NCBI RefSeq assembly: GCF_009914755.1 | Contig: NC_060933.1 | Length of the DNA stretch: 64,000 bases | Direction: 5' to 3' (one strand) | From: the human T2T-CHM13v2.0 reference genome, Homo sapiens | In this document: positions 27,501-41,000 of the stretch, piece by piece | How positions within the stretch are numbered: position 1 is the first letter of the stretch | Layout: each line of letters starts with the position of its first letter | Notes under the pieces: model-generated | The model's database searches: none | What the model was told of the DNA's origin: nothing | Seen by the model: the letters and a program-made list of their open reading frames with translations, nothing else | Translations under genes and position numbers: made by a program

Positions 27501-29570
27501 AGGGGAATGGAATGGAATGGAATGCAATGGAATGGAATCTTCCGGAATGGAATGGAATGGAATGGAATGGAATGAAATGCAATGGGTTCAACTCGATTGC
27601 AATGGAATGGAATAGAATGGAATGGAATGGAATGGAATGGAATGGAATTAACCCGCATAGAATGGAATGGAATGGAATGGAATGGAATGGAATTAATTCG
27701 AATCGAATGGAATGGAATGGAATGGAATGGAATCAACTCGATTGCAATCGAATGGAATGAAATGGAATTAACCCGAATGGAATGGAATGGAATGGAATGG
27801 AACGGAACGGAATGGAATGGAATGGAATGGAATGGAACGGAAAGGAAGGGAATGGAATGGAATAGAATGGAATGGAATGGAATCAACGCGAGTGCAGGGG
27901 AATGGAATGGAATGGAATGCAATGGAATGGAATCTTCCGGAATGGAATGGAATGGAATGGAATGGAATGGAATGGAATCAACCCGAGTGCAATGGAATGG
28001 AGTGGAATGGAATGGAATGGAATGGAACAACCCGAATGGAATGGAATGTAATGGAGAGTAAGGGAGTTGAATAGAATCAATCCGAATGTAATGGAATGGA
28101 ATGGAACGGAATGTAATTGAATGGAATGGAATGGAATGCAATGGAATCGAATCAACCCGAGTGCAATGGAATGGAGAGGAATGGAATGGAATGGAATGGA
28201 AACTACCCGAATGGAATGGAATGTAATGGAGTGTAAGGGAATTGAATAGAATCAATCCGAATGTAATGGAATGGAATGGAACGGAATGGAATGGAATGGA
28301 ATGGAATGGAATGGAATGGAATGGAATGCAATGGAATGGAATCAACCCGAGTGCAATCGAATGGAATCGAATGGAATGGAATGCAATGGAATGGATTCAA
28401 CTTGAATGGAATGGAAAGAATGGAATCAACACGAGTGGAATGGCATGGATTGGAATGAAATGGAATGGAATCAACCCGAGTACAGGGGAATGGAATGGAA
28501 TGGAATGCAATGGAATGGAATCATCCGTAATGGAATGGAAAGGAATGGAATGGAAAGGAATCAACTCGATTGCAATAGAATGGAATGGAATGGAATTAAC
28601 CCGAATAGAATGGAATGGAATGGAATGGAACGGAACGGAATGGAATGGAATGGAATGGAATGGAATGGAACGGAATGGAATGGAATGGAATGGAATGGAA
28701 TGGAATCAACGCGAGTGCAGGGGAATGGAATGGAATGGAATGCAATGGAATGGGATCTTCCGGAATGGAATGGAATGGAATGGAATGAAATGCAATGGAT
28801 TCAACTCGATTGCAATGGAATGGAATAGAATGGAATGGAATGGAGTGGAATGGAATTAATCCGAATAGAATGGAATGGAATGGAATGGAACGGAATGGAA
28901 CGGAATGGAATGGAATGGAATGGGATGGAATGGTATGGAATGGAATGGAATGGTACGGAATAGAATGGAATGGAACGAATTGTAATGGAATGGAATTGAA
29001 TGGAATGGAATGGAATCAACGCGAGTGCAGGGGAATGTAATGGAACGGAATGCAATGGAATGGAATCATCCGGAATGGAATGGAATGGAGTGGAATGGAA
29101 TGGAATGGAATGGAATGGAATCAACCCGAGTGCAATGGAATGGAGTGGAATGGAATGGAATGGAATGGAACAACCCGAATGGAGTGGAATGTAACGGAGA
29201 GTAAGGGAGTTGAATAGAATCAATCCGAATGTAATGGAATGGAATGCAACGGAATGGAATGGAATGGAATGGAATGGAATGCAATGGAATTGAATCAACC
29301 CGAGTACAAAGGAATGGAATGGAATGGAATGGAATGGAATGGAATGGAATGGAATGATACGGAATAGAATGGAATGGAATGGAATGGAATGGAATGGAAT
29401 GGAATGGAATGGAATGGAATCGTTCCGAGTGGAATAGGAGGGAATGTGTTCGAGTGGAATGGAAAGGAATGGTATCAACCAGAGTGGAATGGAAGGGAAT
29501 GGAATGGAATGGAAACTAATAGAATGGAATCAACCCGAGTGGAATGGAATGGAAAGGACTGGAATGGAAT
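12600..29570 (+). repeat. Macro-repeat copy 1 (homologous to ~35100-49260, offset ~22.34-22.38 kb over most of the first part)
   Basis: Shared private variants: CATCCGTAAAGG 13405/35743, GGAAAGGAAGAGAAT ~13625/35963, GTGCGAATGA 14951/37304, landmark 16301/38654, GACATGG ~18043/40402. ORF pairs 13289/35627 and 14546/36899. Confidence 0.9.
20595..28610 (+). repeat. Tandem duplication, unit ~4.0 kb (about 20595-24590 and 24591-28610)
   Basis: GAACAGAATATAATGGTAC at 20631/24627 (offset 3996). Landmarks 21114/25110 and 22868/26864. CAAACTCG insertion at 22022/26023, GGGTTCAAC at 23583/27584. Identical ORFs 21067/25063 and 21841/25842. Confidence 0.93.
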
Positions 29571-29619
29571 GGAATGGAATGGAATCAACTCGATTGTAAT
29601 GGAATGGAATGGAATGGAA

Positions 29620-32600
29620 TGGAATGGAATGGAATGGAATTAACCCGAATACAATGGAATGGAATGGAATGGAACGGAATGGAGTGGAATGGAATGGAAT
29701 CATCCCGAGTGCAGGGGAATGGAATGGAATGGAATGCAATGGAATGGAATCACCCGGAATGGAATGGAATGGAATGGAATGCAAAGCAATGGAATCAACT
29801 CGAATGCAATGGAATGGAATGGAATGGAAAGGAATACATTGGAATCAACGCGAGTGGAATGGAATGGAAAGGACTGGATTGGAGTGGAATGGAATGGAAT
29901 GGAATGGAATGGAATCAACTCGATTGGAATGGAATGGAATGGAATGGAATTAACCCGAATAGAATGGAATGGAATGGAATGGAACGGAACGGAATGGAAT
30001 GGAATGGAATGGAATGGAATTGAATGGAATGGAATGGATTCAACCCGACTGCAGGGTAATGGAATGGAATGGAATGCAATGGAATGGATTCAACTTGAAT
30101 GGAATGGAAAGAATGGAATCAACACGAGTGGAATGGCATGGATTGGAATGGAATGGAATGGAATCAACCCGAGTACAGGGGAATGGAATGGAATGGAATG
30201 CAATGGAATGGAATCATCCGTAATGGAATGGAAAGGAATGGAATGGAATGGAATAGAATGGAATGGAATCAACTCGATTGCAATCGAATGGAATGGAATG
30301 GAATTAACCCGAATAGAATGGAATGGAATGGAATGGAACGGAACGGAAAGGAATGGAATGGATTGGAATCGAATGGAACGGAATGGAATGGAACGGAAAG
30401 GAATGGAATGGAATGGAATGGAATGGAATGGAATGGAATGGAATCAACGCGAGTGCAGGGGAATGGAATGGAATGGAATGCAATGGAATGGAATCTTCCG
30501 GAATGGAATGGAATGGAATGGAATGGAATGGAATGGAATGGAATCAACCCGAGTGCAATGGAATGGAGTGGAATGGAATGGAATGGAATGGAACAACCCG
30601 AATGGAATCGAATGTAATGGAGAGTAAGGGAGTTGAATAGAATCAATCCGAATGTAATGGAATGGAATGGAACGGAATGGAATTGAATGGAATGGAATGG
30701 AATGCAATGGAATGGAATCAACCCGAGTGCAATCGAATGGAATCGAAAGGAATGGAATGCAATGGAATGGATTCAACTTGAATGGAATGGAAAGAATGGA
30801 ATCAACACGAGTGGAAGGGTATGGATTGGAATGGAATGGAATGGAATCAACCCGAGTACAGGGGAATGGAATGGAATGTAATGCAATGGAATGGAATCAT
30901 CCGTAATGGAATGGAAAGGAATGGAATGGAATGGAATGGAATGGAATGGAATGGAATGGAATCAACTCGATTGCAACCGAATGGAATGGAATGGAATTAA
31001 CCCGAATAGAATGGAATGGAATGGAATGGAACGGAATGGAATGGAATGGAATGGAATGGAACGGAACGGGATGGAATGGAATGGAATGGAATGGAATGGA
31101 ATCAATCCGAGTGCAGGGGAATGGAATGGAATGGAATGCAATGGAATGGAATCTTCCGGAATGGAATGGAATGGAATGGAATGGAATGAAATGCAATGGA
31201 TTCAACTCGATTGCAATGGAATGGAATAGAATGGAATGGAATGGAATGGAATGGAATTAACCCGAATAGAATGGAATGGAATGCAATGGAACGGAATGGA
31301 ACGGAATGGAATGGAATGGAATGGAATGGAATGGAATGGTATGGAATGGAATGGAATGGTACGGAATAGAATGGAATGGAACGAATTGTAATGGAATGGA
31401 ATTGAATGGAATGGAATGGAATCAACGCGAGTGCAGGGGAAAGTAATGGAACGGAATGCAATGGAATGGAATCATCCGGAATGGAATGGAATGGAATGGA
31501 ATGGAATCAACCCTAGTGCAATGGAATGGAGTGGAATGGAATGGAATGGAATGGAACAACCCGAATGGAATGGAATGTAATGGAGAGTAAGGGAGTTGAA
31601 TAGAATCAATCCGAATGTAATGGAATGGAATGCAACGGAATGGAATGGAATGGAATGGAATGGAATGCAATGGAATGGAATCAACCCGAGTACAATGGAA
31701 TGGAATGGAATGGAATGGAATGGTATGGAATGGAATGGAATGGAATGGAATGCCTTCAAACCGAATGGAATGGAAAGGAATGGAATCAACACGAGTGGAA
31801 TGGAATGGAATGGAATGGAACGGAATGGAATGGAATGATACGGAATAGAATGGAATGGAACGAAGTGGAATGGAATGGAATGGAATGGAATGGAATGGAA
31901 TGGAATCGTTCCGAGTGGAATAGGAGGGAATGTATTCGAGTGGAATGGAAAGGAATGGAATCAACCAGAGTGGAATGGAATGGAAAGACTGGAATGGAAT
32001 GGAATGGAATGGAATTAACCCGAATACAATGGAATGGAATGGAATGGAACGGAATGGAGTGGAATGGAATGGAATCATCCCGAGTGCAGGGGAATGGAAT
32101 GGAATGGAATGCAATGGAATGGAATCACCCGGAATGGAATGGAATGGAATGGAATGCAAAGCAATGGAATCAACTCGAATGCAATGGAATGGAATGGAAT
32201 GGAAAGGAATACATTGGAATCAACGCGAGTGGAATGGAATGGAAAGGACTGGATTGGAGTGGAATGGAATGGAATGGAATGGAATGGAATCAACTCGATT
32301 GGAATGGAATGGAATGGAATGGAATTAACCCGAATAGAATGGAATGGAATGGAATGGAACGGAACGGAATGGAATGGAATGGAATGGAATGGAATTGAAT
32401 GGAATGGAATGGATTCAACCCGACTGCAGGGTAATGGAATGGAATGGAATGCAATGGAATGGATTCAACTTGAATGGAATGGAAAGAATGGAATCAACAC
32501 GAGTGGAATGGCATGGATTGGAATGGAATGGAATGGAATCAACCCGAGTACAGGGGAATGGAATGGAATGGAATGCAATGGAATGGAATCATCCGTAATG

Positions 32601-34370
32601 GAATGGAAAGGAATGGAATGGAATGGAATAGAATGGAATGGAATCAACTCGATTGCAATCGAATGGAATGGAATGGAATTAACCCGAATAGAATGGAATG
32701 GAATGGAATGGAACGGAACGGAAAGGAATGGAATGGATTGGAATCGAATGGAACGGAATGGAATGGAACGGAAAGGAATGGAATGGAATGGAATGGAATG
32801 GAATGGAATGGAATGGAATCAACGCGAGTGCAGGGGAATGGAATGGAATGGAATGCAATGGAATGGAATCTTCCGGAATGGAATGGAATGGAATGGAATG
32901 GAATGGAATGGAATGGAATCAACCCGAGTGCAATGGAATGGAGTGGAATGGAATGGAATGGAATGGAACAACCCGAATGGAATCGAATGTAATGGAGAGT
33001 AAGGGAGTTGAATAGAATCAATCCGAATGTAATGGAATGGAATGGAACGGAATGGAATTGAATGGAATGGAATGGAATGCAATGGAATGGAATCAACCCG
33101 AGTGCAATCGAATGGAATCGAAAGGAATGGAATGCAATGGAATGGATTCAACTTGAATGGAATGGAAAGAATGGAATCAACACGAGTGGAAGGGTATGGA
33201 TTGGAATGGAATGGAATGGAATCAACCCGAGTACAGGGGAATGGAATGGAATGTAATGCAATGGAATGGAATCATCCGTAATGGAATGGAAAGGAATGGA
33301 ATGGAATGGAATGGAATGGAATGGAATGGAATGGAATCAACTCGATTGCAACCGAATGGAATGGAATGGAATTAACCCGAATAGAATGGAATGGAATGGA
33401 ATGGAACGGAATGGAATGGAATGGAATGGAATGGAACGGAACGGGATGGAATGGAATGGAATGGAATGGAATGGAATCAATCCGAGTGCAGGGGAATGGA
33501 ATGGAATGGAATGCAATGGAATGGAATCTTCCGGAATGGAATGGAATGGAATGGAATGGAATGAAATGCAATGGATTCAACTCGATTGCAATGGAATGGA
33601 ATAGAATGGAATGGAATGGAATGGAATGGAATTAACCCGAATAGAATGGAATGGAATGCAATGGAACGGAATGGAACGGAATGGAATGGAATGGAATGGA
33701 ATGGAATGGAATGGTATGGAATGGAATGGAATGGTACGGAATAGAATGGAATGGAACGAATTGTAATGGAATGGAATTGAATGGAATGGAATGGAATCAA
33801 CGCGAGTGCAGGGGAAAGTAATGGAACGGAATGCAATGGAATGGAATCATCCGGAATGGAATGGAATGGAATGGAATGGAATCAACCCTAGTGCAATGGA
33901 ATGGAGTGGAATGGAATGGAATGGAATGGAACAACCCGAATGGAATGGAATGTAATGGAGAGTAAGGGAGTTGAATAGAATCAATCCGAATGTAATGGAA
34001 TGGAATGCAACGGAATGGAATGGAATGGAATGGAATGGAATGCAATGGAATGGAATCAACCCGAGTACAATGGAATGGAATGGAATGGAATGGAATGGTA
34101 TGGAATGGAATGGAATGGAATGGAATGCCTTCAAACCGAATGGAATGGAAAGGAATGGAATCAACACGAGTGGAATGGAATGGAATGGAATGGAACGGAA
34201 TGGAATGGAATGATACGGAATAGAATGGAATGGAACGAAGTGGAATGGAATGGAATGGAATGGAATGGAATGGAATGGAATCGTTCCGAGTGGAATAGGA
34301 GGGAATGTATTCGAGTGGAATGGAAAGGAATGGAATCAACCAGAGTGGAATGGAATGGAAAGACTGGAAT
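29620..34370 (+). repeat. Tandem duplication, unit 2375 bp (about 29620-31994 and 31995-34369)
   Basis: Constant 2375 offset in ORF pairs 29659/32034, 30099/32474, 30667/33042 and 31596/33971. Rare words TGCCTTCAAACC at 31751/34126, CAACCCTAGT at 31508/33883, GGAAGGGTAT at 30813/33188. Confidence 0.95.
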
Positions 34371-35099
34371 GGAATGGAATGGAATGGAATGGAATGGAAT
34401 GGAATGGAATCAACTCGATTGTAATGGAATGGAATGGAATGGAATGGAATGGAATCGAATTAACCCGAATACAATGGAATGGAATGGAATGGAACGGAAT
34501 GGAGTGGAATGGAATGGAATCAACCCGAGTGCAGGGGAATGGAATGGAATAGAATGCAATGGAATGGAATCATCCGGAATGGAATGGAATGGAATGGAAT
34601 GCAAAGCAATGGAATCAACTCGATTGCAATGGAATGGAATGGAATGGAAAGGAATACATTGGAATCAACCCGAGTGGAATGGAATGGAAAGGACTGGAAT
34701 GGAGTGGAATGGAATGGAATGGAATGGAATGGAATCAACTCGATTGGAATGGAATGGAATGGAATGGAATGGAATGGAATGGAATGGAATTAACCCGAAT
34801 AGAATGGAATGGAATGGAATGGAACGGAACGGAACGGAATGGAATGGAATGGAATGGAATGGAATGGAATCAACCCGACTGCAGGGGAATGGAATGGAAG
34901 GGAATGCAATGGAATGGATTCAACTTGAATGGAATGGAAAGAATGGAATCAACACGAGTGGAATGGCATGGATTGGAATGGAATGGAATGGAATCAACCC
35001 GAGTACAAGGGAATGGAATGGAATGGAATGCAATGGAATGGAATCATCCGTAATGGAATGGAAAGGAATGGAATGGAATGGAATGGAATGGAATGGAAT

Positions 35100-38000
35100 C
35101 AACTCGATTGCAATCGAATGGAATGGAATGGAATTAACCCGAATAGAATGGAATGGAATGGAATGGAACGGAACGGAACGGAATGGAATGGATTGGAATG
35201 GAATGGAATGGAATGGAATGGAATGGAATGGAATGGAACGGAAAGGAATGGAATGGAATGGAATGGAATGGAATGGAATGGAATGGAATCAACGCGAGTG
35301 CAGGGGAATCGAATGGAATGGAATGCAATGGAATGGAATCTTCCGGAATGGAATGGAATGGAATGGAATGGAATGGAATCAACCCGAGTGCAATGGAATG
35401 GAGTGGAATGGAATGGAATGGAATGGAACAACCCGAATGGAATGGAATGTAATGGAGAGTAAGGGAGTTGAATAGAATCAATCCGAATGTAATGGAATGG
35501 AATGGAACGGAATGGAATGGAATGGAATGGAATGGAATGCAATGGAATGCAATGGAGTGGAATCAACCCGAGTGCAATCGAATGGAATCGAATGGAATGG
35601 AATGCAATGGAATGGATTCAACTTGAATGGAATGGAAAGAATGGAATCAACACGAGTGGAATGGCATGGATTGGAATGGAATGGAATGGAATCAACCCGA
35701 GTACAGGGGAATGGAATGGAATGGAATGCAATGGAATGGAATCATCCGTAAAGGAATGGAAAGGAATGGAATGGAATGCAATGGAATGGAATGCAATGGA
35801 ATGGAATGGAAACAACTCGATTGCAATCGAATGGAATGGAATGGAATTAACCCGAATAGAATGGAATGGAATGGAATGGAACGGAACGGAATGGAATGGA
35901 ATGGAATGGAATGGAATGGAACGGAACGGAATGGAATGGAATGGAATGGAATGGAATGGAAAGGAAAGGAAGAGAATGGAATGGAATAGAATGGAATGGA
36001 ATGGAATCAACGCGAGTGCAGGGGAATGGAATGGAATGGAATGCAATGGAATGGAATCTTCCGGAATGGAATGGAATGGAATGGAATGGAATGGAATGGA
36101 ATCAACCCGAGTGCATTGGAATGTAGTGGAATGGAATGGAATGGAATGGAACAACCCGAATGGATTGGAATGTAATGGATAGTAAGGGAGTTGAAAAGAA
36201 TCAATCCGAATGTAATGGAATGGAAAGGAACGGAATGGAATGGAATGGAATGGAATGGAATGGAATGGAATGCAATGCAATGGAATGGAATCAACCCGAG
36301 TACAATGGAATGGAATGGAATGGAATGGAATGGAATGGAATGGAATGGAATGCAATGGAATGCAATGGAATGGAATCTTCCGGAATGGAATGGAATGGAA
36401 TGGAATGGAATGGAATGGAATGGAATGCAATGGATTCAACTCGATTGCAATGGAATGGAATAGAATGGAATGGAATGGAATGGAATGGAATGGAATTAAA
36501 CCGAATAGACTGGAACGGAATGGAGTGGAACGGAACAGAACGGAACGGAACGGAACGGAGTGGAATGGAATGGAATGGAATTGTATGGAATGGAATGGAA
36601 TGGTACGGAATAGAATGGAATGGAAAGAATTGGAATGGAATGGAATCGTATGGAATGGAATGGAATGGAATGGAATCAACCCGAGTGCAGGGGAATGTAA
36701 TGGAACGGAATGCAATGGAATGGAATCATCCGGAATGGAATGGAATGGAATGGAATGGAATGGAATGGAATGGAATGGAATCAACCCGAGCGCAATGGAA
36801 TGGAGTGGAATGGAATGGAATGGAGTGGAACAACCCGAATGGAATGGAATGTAATGGAGAGTAAGGGAGTGGAATAGAAACAATCCGAATATAATGGAAT
36901 GGAACGGAATGGAATGGAATGGAATGGAATGGAATGGAAGGGAATGCAATGGAATGGAATCAACCCGAGTACAATGGAACGGAATGGAATAGAATGGAAT
37001 GGAATGGAATGGAATGGAATGGAATGGAATGGAATCAACCCGAGTGCAATGGAATGGAGAGGAATGGAATGGAATGGAATGGAAACTACCCGAATGGAAT
37101 GGAATGGAATGGAATGTAAGGGAATTGAATAGAATCAATCCGAATGGAATGGAATGGAATGGAACGGAATGTAATGGAATGGAATGGAATGGAATCAACC
37201 CGAGTGCAGGGGAATGGAATGGAATGGAATGCAATGGAATGGAATCATCCGGAATGGAATGGAATGGAATGCAATGGAATGGAATGGAATGGAATCAACC
37301 CGAGTGCGAATGAATGGAGTGAAATGGAATGGAATGGAATGGAGACAACCAGAATGGATTGGAATATAATGGAGTGTAAGGGAAATGAATAGAATCAATC
37401 TGAATGTAATGAAATGGAATGGAACGGAATGGAATGGAATGAAATGGAATGGAATGGAATGCAATGGAATGGAATCAACCCGAGTGCAATCGAATGGAAT
37501 CGAATGGAATGGAATGCAATGGAATGGATTCAACTTGAATGGAATGGAAAGAATGGAATCAACACGAGTGGAATGGCATGGATTCGAATGGAATGGAATG
37601 GAATCAACCCGAGTATAGGGGAATGGAATGGTATGGAATGCAATGGAATGGAATCATCCGTAATGGAATGGAAAGGAATGGAAAGGAATGGAATGGAATG
37701 GAATGGAATGGAATGGAATCAACTCGATTGCAATCGAATGGAATGGAATGGAATTAACCCGAATAGAATGGAATGGAATGGAATGGAATGGAACGCAACG
37801 GAATGGAATGGAATGGAATGGAATGGAATGGAATGGAATGGAATGGAACGGAACGGAATGGAATGGAATGGAATGGAATGGAATGGAATGGAATGGAATC
37901 AACGCGAGTGCAGGGGAATGGAATGGAATGGAATGGAATGCAATGGAATGGAATCTTCCGGAATGGAATGGAATGGAATGGAATGGAATGGAATGGAATG

Positions 38001-41000
38001 AAATGCAATGGATTCAACTCGATTGCAATGGAATGGAATAGAATGGAATGGAATGGAATGGAATGGAATTAATTCGAATAGAATGTAATGGAATGGAATG
38101 GAACGGAATGGAACCGAATGGAATGGAATGGAATGGAATGGAATGGTATGGAATGGAATGGAATGGTACGGAATAGAATGGAATGGAACGAATTGTAATG
38201 GTATGGAATTGAATGGAATGGAATGGAATGGAATGGAATCAACGCGAGTGCAGGGGAATGTAATGGAACGGAATGCAATGGAATGGAATCATCCGGAATG
38301 GAATGGAATGGAATGGAATGGAATGGAATCAACCCGAGTGCAATGGAATGGAGTGGAATGGAATGGAATGGAATGGAAAAACCCGAATGGAATGGAATGT
38401 AATGGAGAGTAAGGGAGTTGAATAGAATCAATCAGAATGTAATGGAATGGAATGCAACGGAATGGAATGGAATGGAATGGAATGGAATGGAATGGAATGG
38501 AATGCAATGGAATGGAATCAACCCGAGTACAATGGAATGGATTGGAATGGAATGGAATGGAATGGAATGGAATGGAATGATACGGAATAGAATGGAATGG
38601 AAAGAAATGGAATGGAATGGAATGGAATGGAATGGAATGGAATGGAATGGAATCGTTCTGAGTGGAATAGGAGGGAATGTATTCGAGTGGAATGGAAAGG
38701 AATGGAAAAAACCTGAGTGGAATGGAAGGGAATGGAATGGAATGGAAACTAATAGAATGGAATCAACCCGAGAGGAATGGAATGGAAAGGACTGGAATGG
38801 AATGGAATGGAATGGAATCAACTCGATTGTAATGGAATGGAATGGAATGGAATGGAATTAACCCGAATACAATGTAATGGAATGGAATGGAACGGAATGG
38901 AGTGGAATCGAATGGAATCAACCTGAGTGCAGGGGAATGGAATGGAATGGAATGCAATGGAATGGAATCATCCGGAATGGAATGGAATGGAATGGAATGC
39001 AAAGCAATGGAATCAACTCGATTGCAATGGAATGGAATGGAATGGAAAGGAATACATTGGAATCAACACGAGTGGAATGGAATGGAAAGGACTGGAATGG
39101 AGTGGAATGGAATGGAATGGAATGGAATGGAATGGAAACAACTCGATTGGAATGGAATGGAATGGAATGGAATGGAATGGAATGGAATGGAATTAATCCG
39201 AATAGAATGGAATGGAATGGAATGGAACGGAATGGAATGGAACGGAATGGAATGGAATGGAATGGAATGGAAACAACCCGACTGCAGGGGAATGGAATGG
39301 AATGGAATGCAATGGAATGGATTCAACTTGAATGGAATGGAAAGAATGGAATCAACACGAGTGGAATGGCATGGATTGGAATGGAATGGAATGGAATCAA
39401 CACGAGTACAGGGGAATGGAATGGAATGGAATGCAATGGAATGGAATCATCCGTAATGGAATGGAAAGCAATGGAATGGAATGGAATGGAATGGAATGGA
39501 ATGGAACTCAACTCGATTGCAATCGAATGGAATGGAATGGAATTAACCAGAATAGAATGGAGTGGAATGGAATGGAATGGAACGGAACGGCATGGAATGG
39601 AATGGAATGGAATGGAATGGAATGGAACGGAACAGAACGGAATGGATGGAATGGACTGGAATGGAATGGAATGGAATCAACGCGAGTGCAGGGGAATGGA
39701 ATGGAGTGGAATGCAATGGAATGGAATCTTCCGGAATGGAATGGAATGGAATGGAATGGAATGAACTGCAATGGATTCAACTCGATTGCAATGGAATGGA
39801 ATTGAATGGAATGGAATGGAATGGAATGGAATTAACCCGAATAGAATGGAATGGAATGGAATGGAACGGAATGGAACGGAATGGAATGGAATGGAATGGA
39901 ATGGAATGGTATGGAATGGAATGGAATGGTACTGAATAGAATGGAATGGAACGAATTGTAATGGAATGGAACTGAATGGAATGGAATGGAATGGAATGGA
40001 ATCAACGCGAGTGCAGGGGAATGTAATGGAACGGAATGCAATGGAATGGAATCATCCGGAATGGAATGGAATGGAATGGAATGGAATGGAATGGAATGAA
40101 ATCAACCCGAGTGCAATGGAATGGAGTGGAATGGAATGGAATGGAATGGAACAACCCGAATGGAATGGAATGTAATGGAGAGTAAGGGAGTGGAATAGAA
40201 TCAATCCGAATGTAATGGAATGGAATGCAACGGAATGGAATGGAATGGAATGGAATGGAATGGAATGGAATGCAAAGGAATGGAATCAACCCGAGTGGAA
40301 TTGCATGGAATGGAATGTAATGGAATGGAATGGAATGGAATCAATTCGAGTGGAAAGGAATGGAATGGAATGGAATGGAATGGAATGGAATGGAATGCAA
40401 TGACATGGAATCAACCCGAGTGCAATAGAATGGAATCGAATGGAATGGAATGCAATGGAATGGATTCAACTTGAATGGAATGGAAAGAATGGAATCAACA
40501 CGAGTGGAATGGCATGGATTGGAATGGAATGGAATGGAATCAACCCGAGTACAGGGTAATGGAATGGAATGGAATGCAATGGAATGGAATCATCCGTAAT
40601 GGAATGGAATGGAATGGAATAGAATGGAATGGAATGGAATGGAATCAACTCGATTGCAATCGAATGGAATGGAATGGAATTAACCCGAATAGAATGGAAT
40701 GGAATGCAACGGAACGGAATGGAATGGAATGGAATGGAACGGAACGGAACGGAATGGAATGGAATGGAATGGAATCAACGCGAGTGTAGGGGAATGGAAT
40801 GGAATGCAATGGAATGGAATCTTCCGGAATGGAATGGAATGGAATGGAATGGAATGAAATGCAATGGATTCAACTCGATTGCAATGGAATGGAATAGAAT
40901 GTAATGGAATGGAATGGAATGGAATTAATCCGAATAGAATGGAATGGAATGGAATGGAACGGAATGGAACGGAATGGAATGGAATGGAATGGAATGGTAT

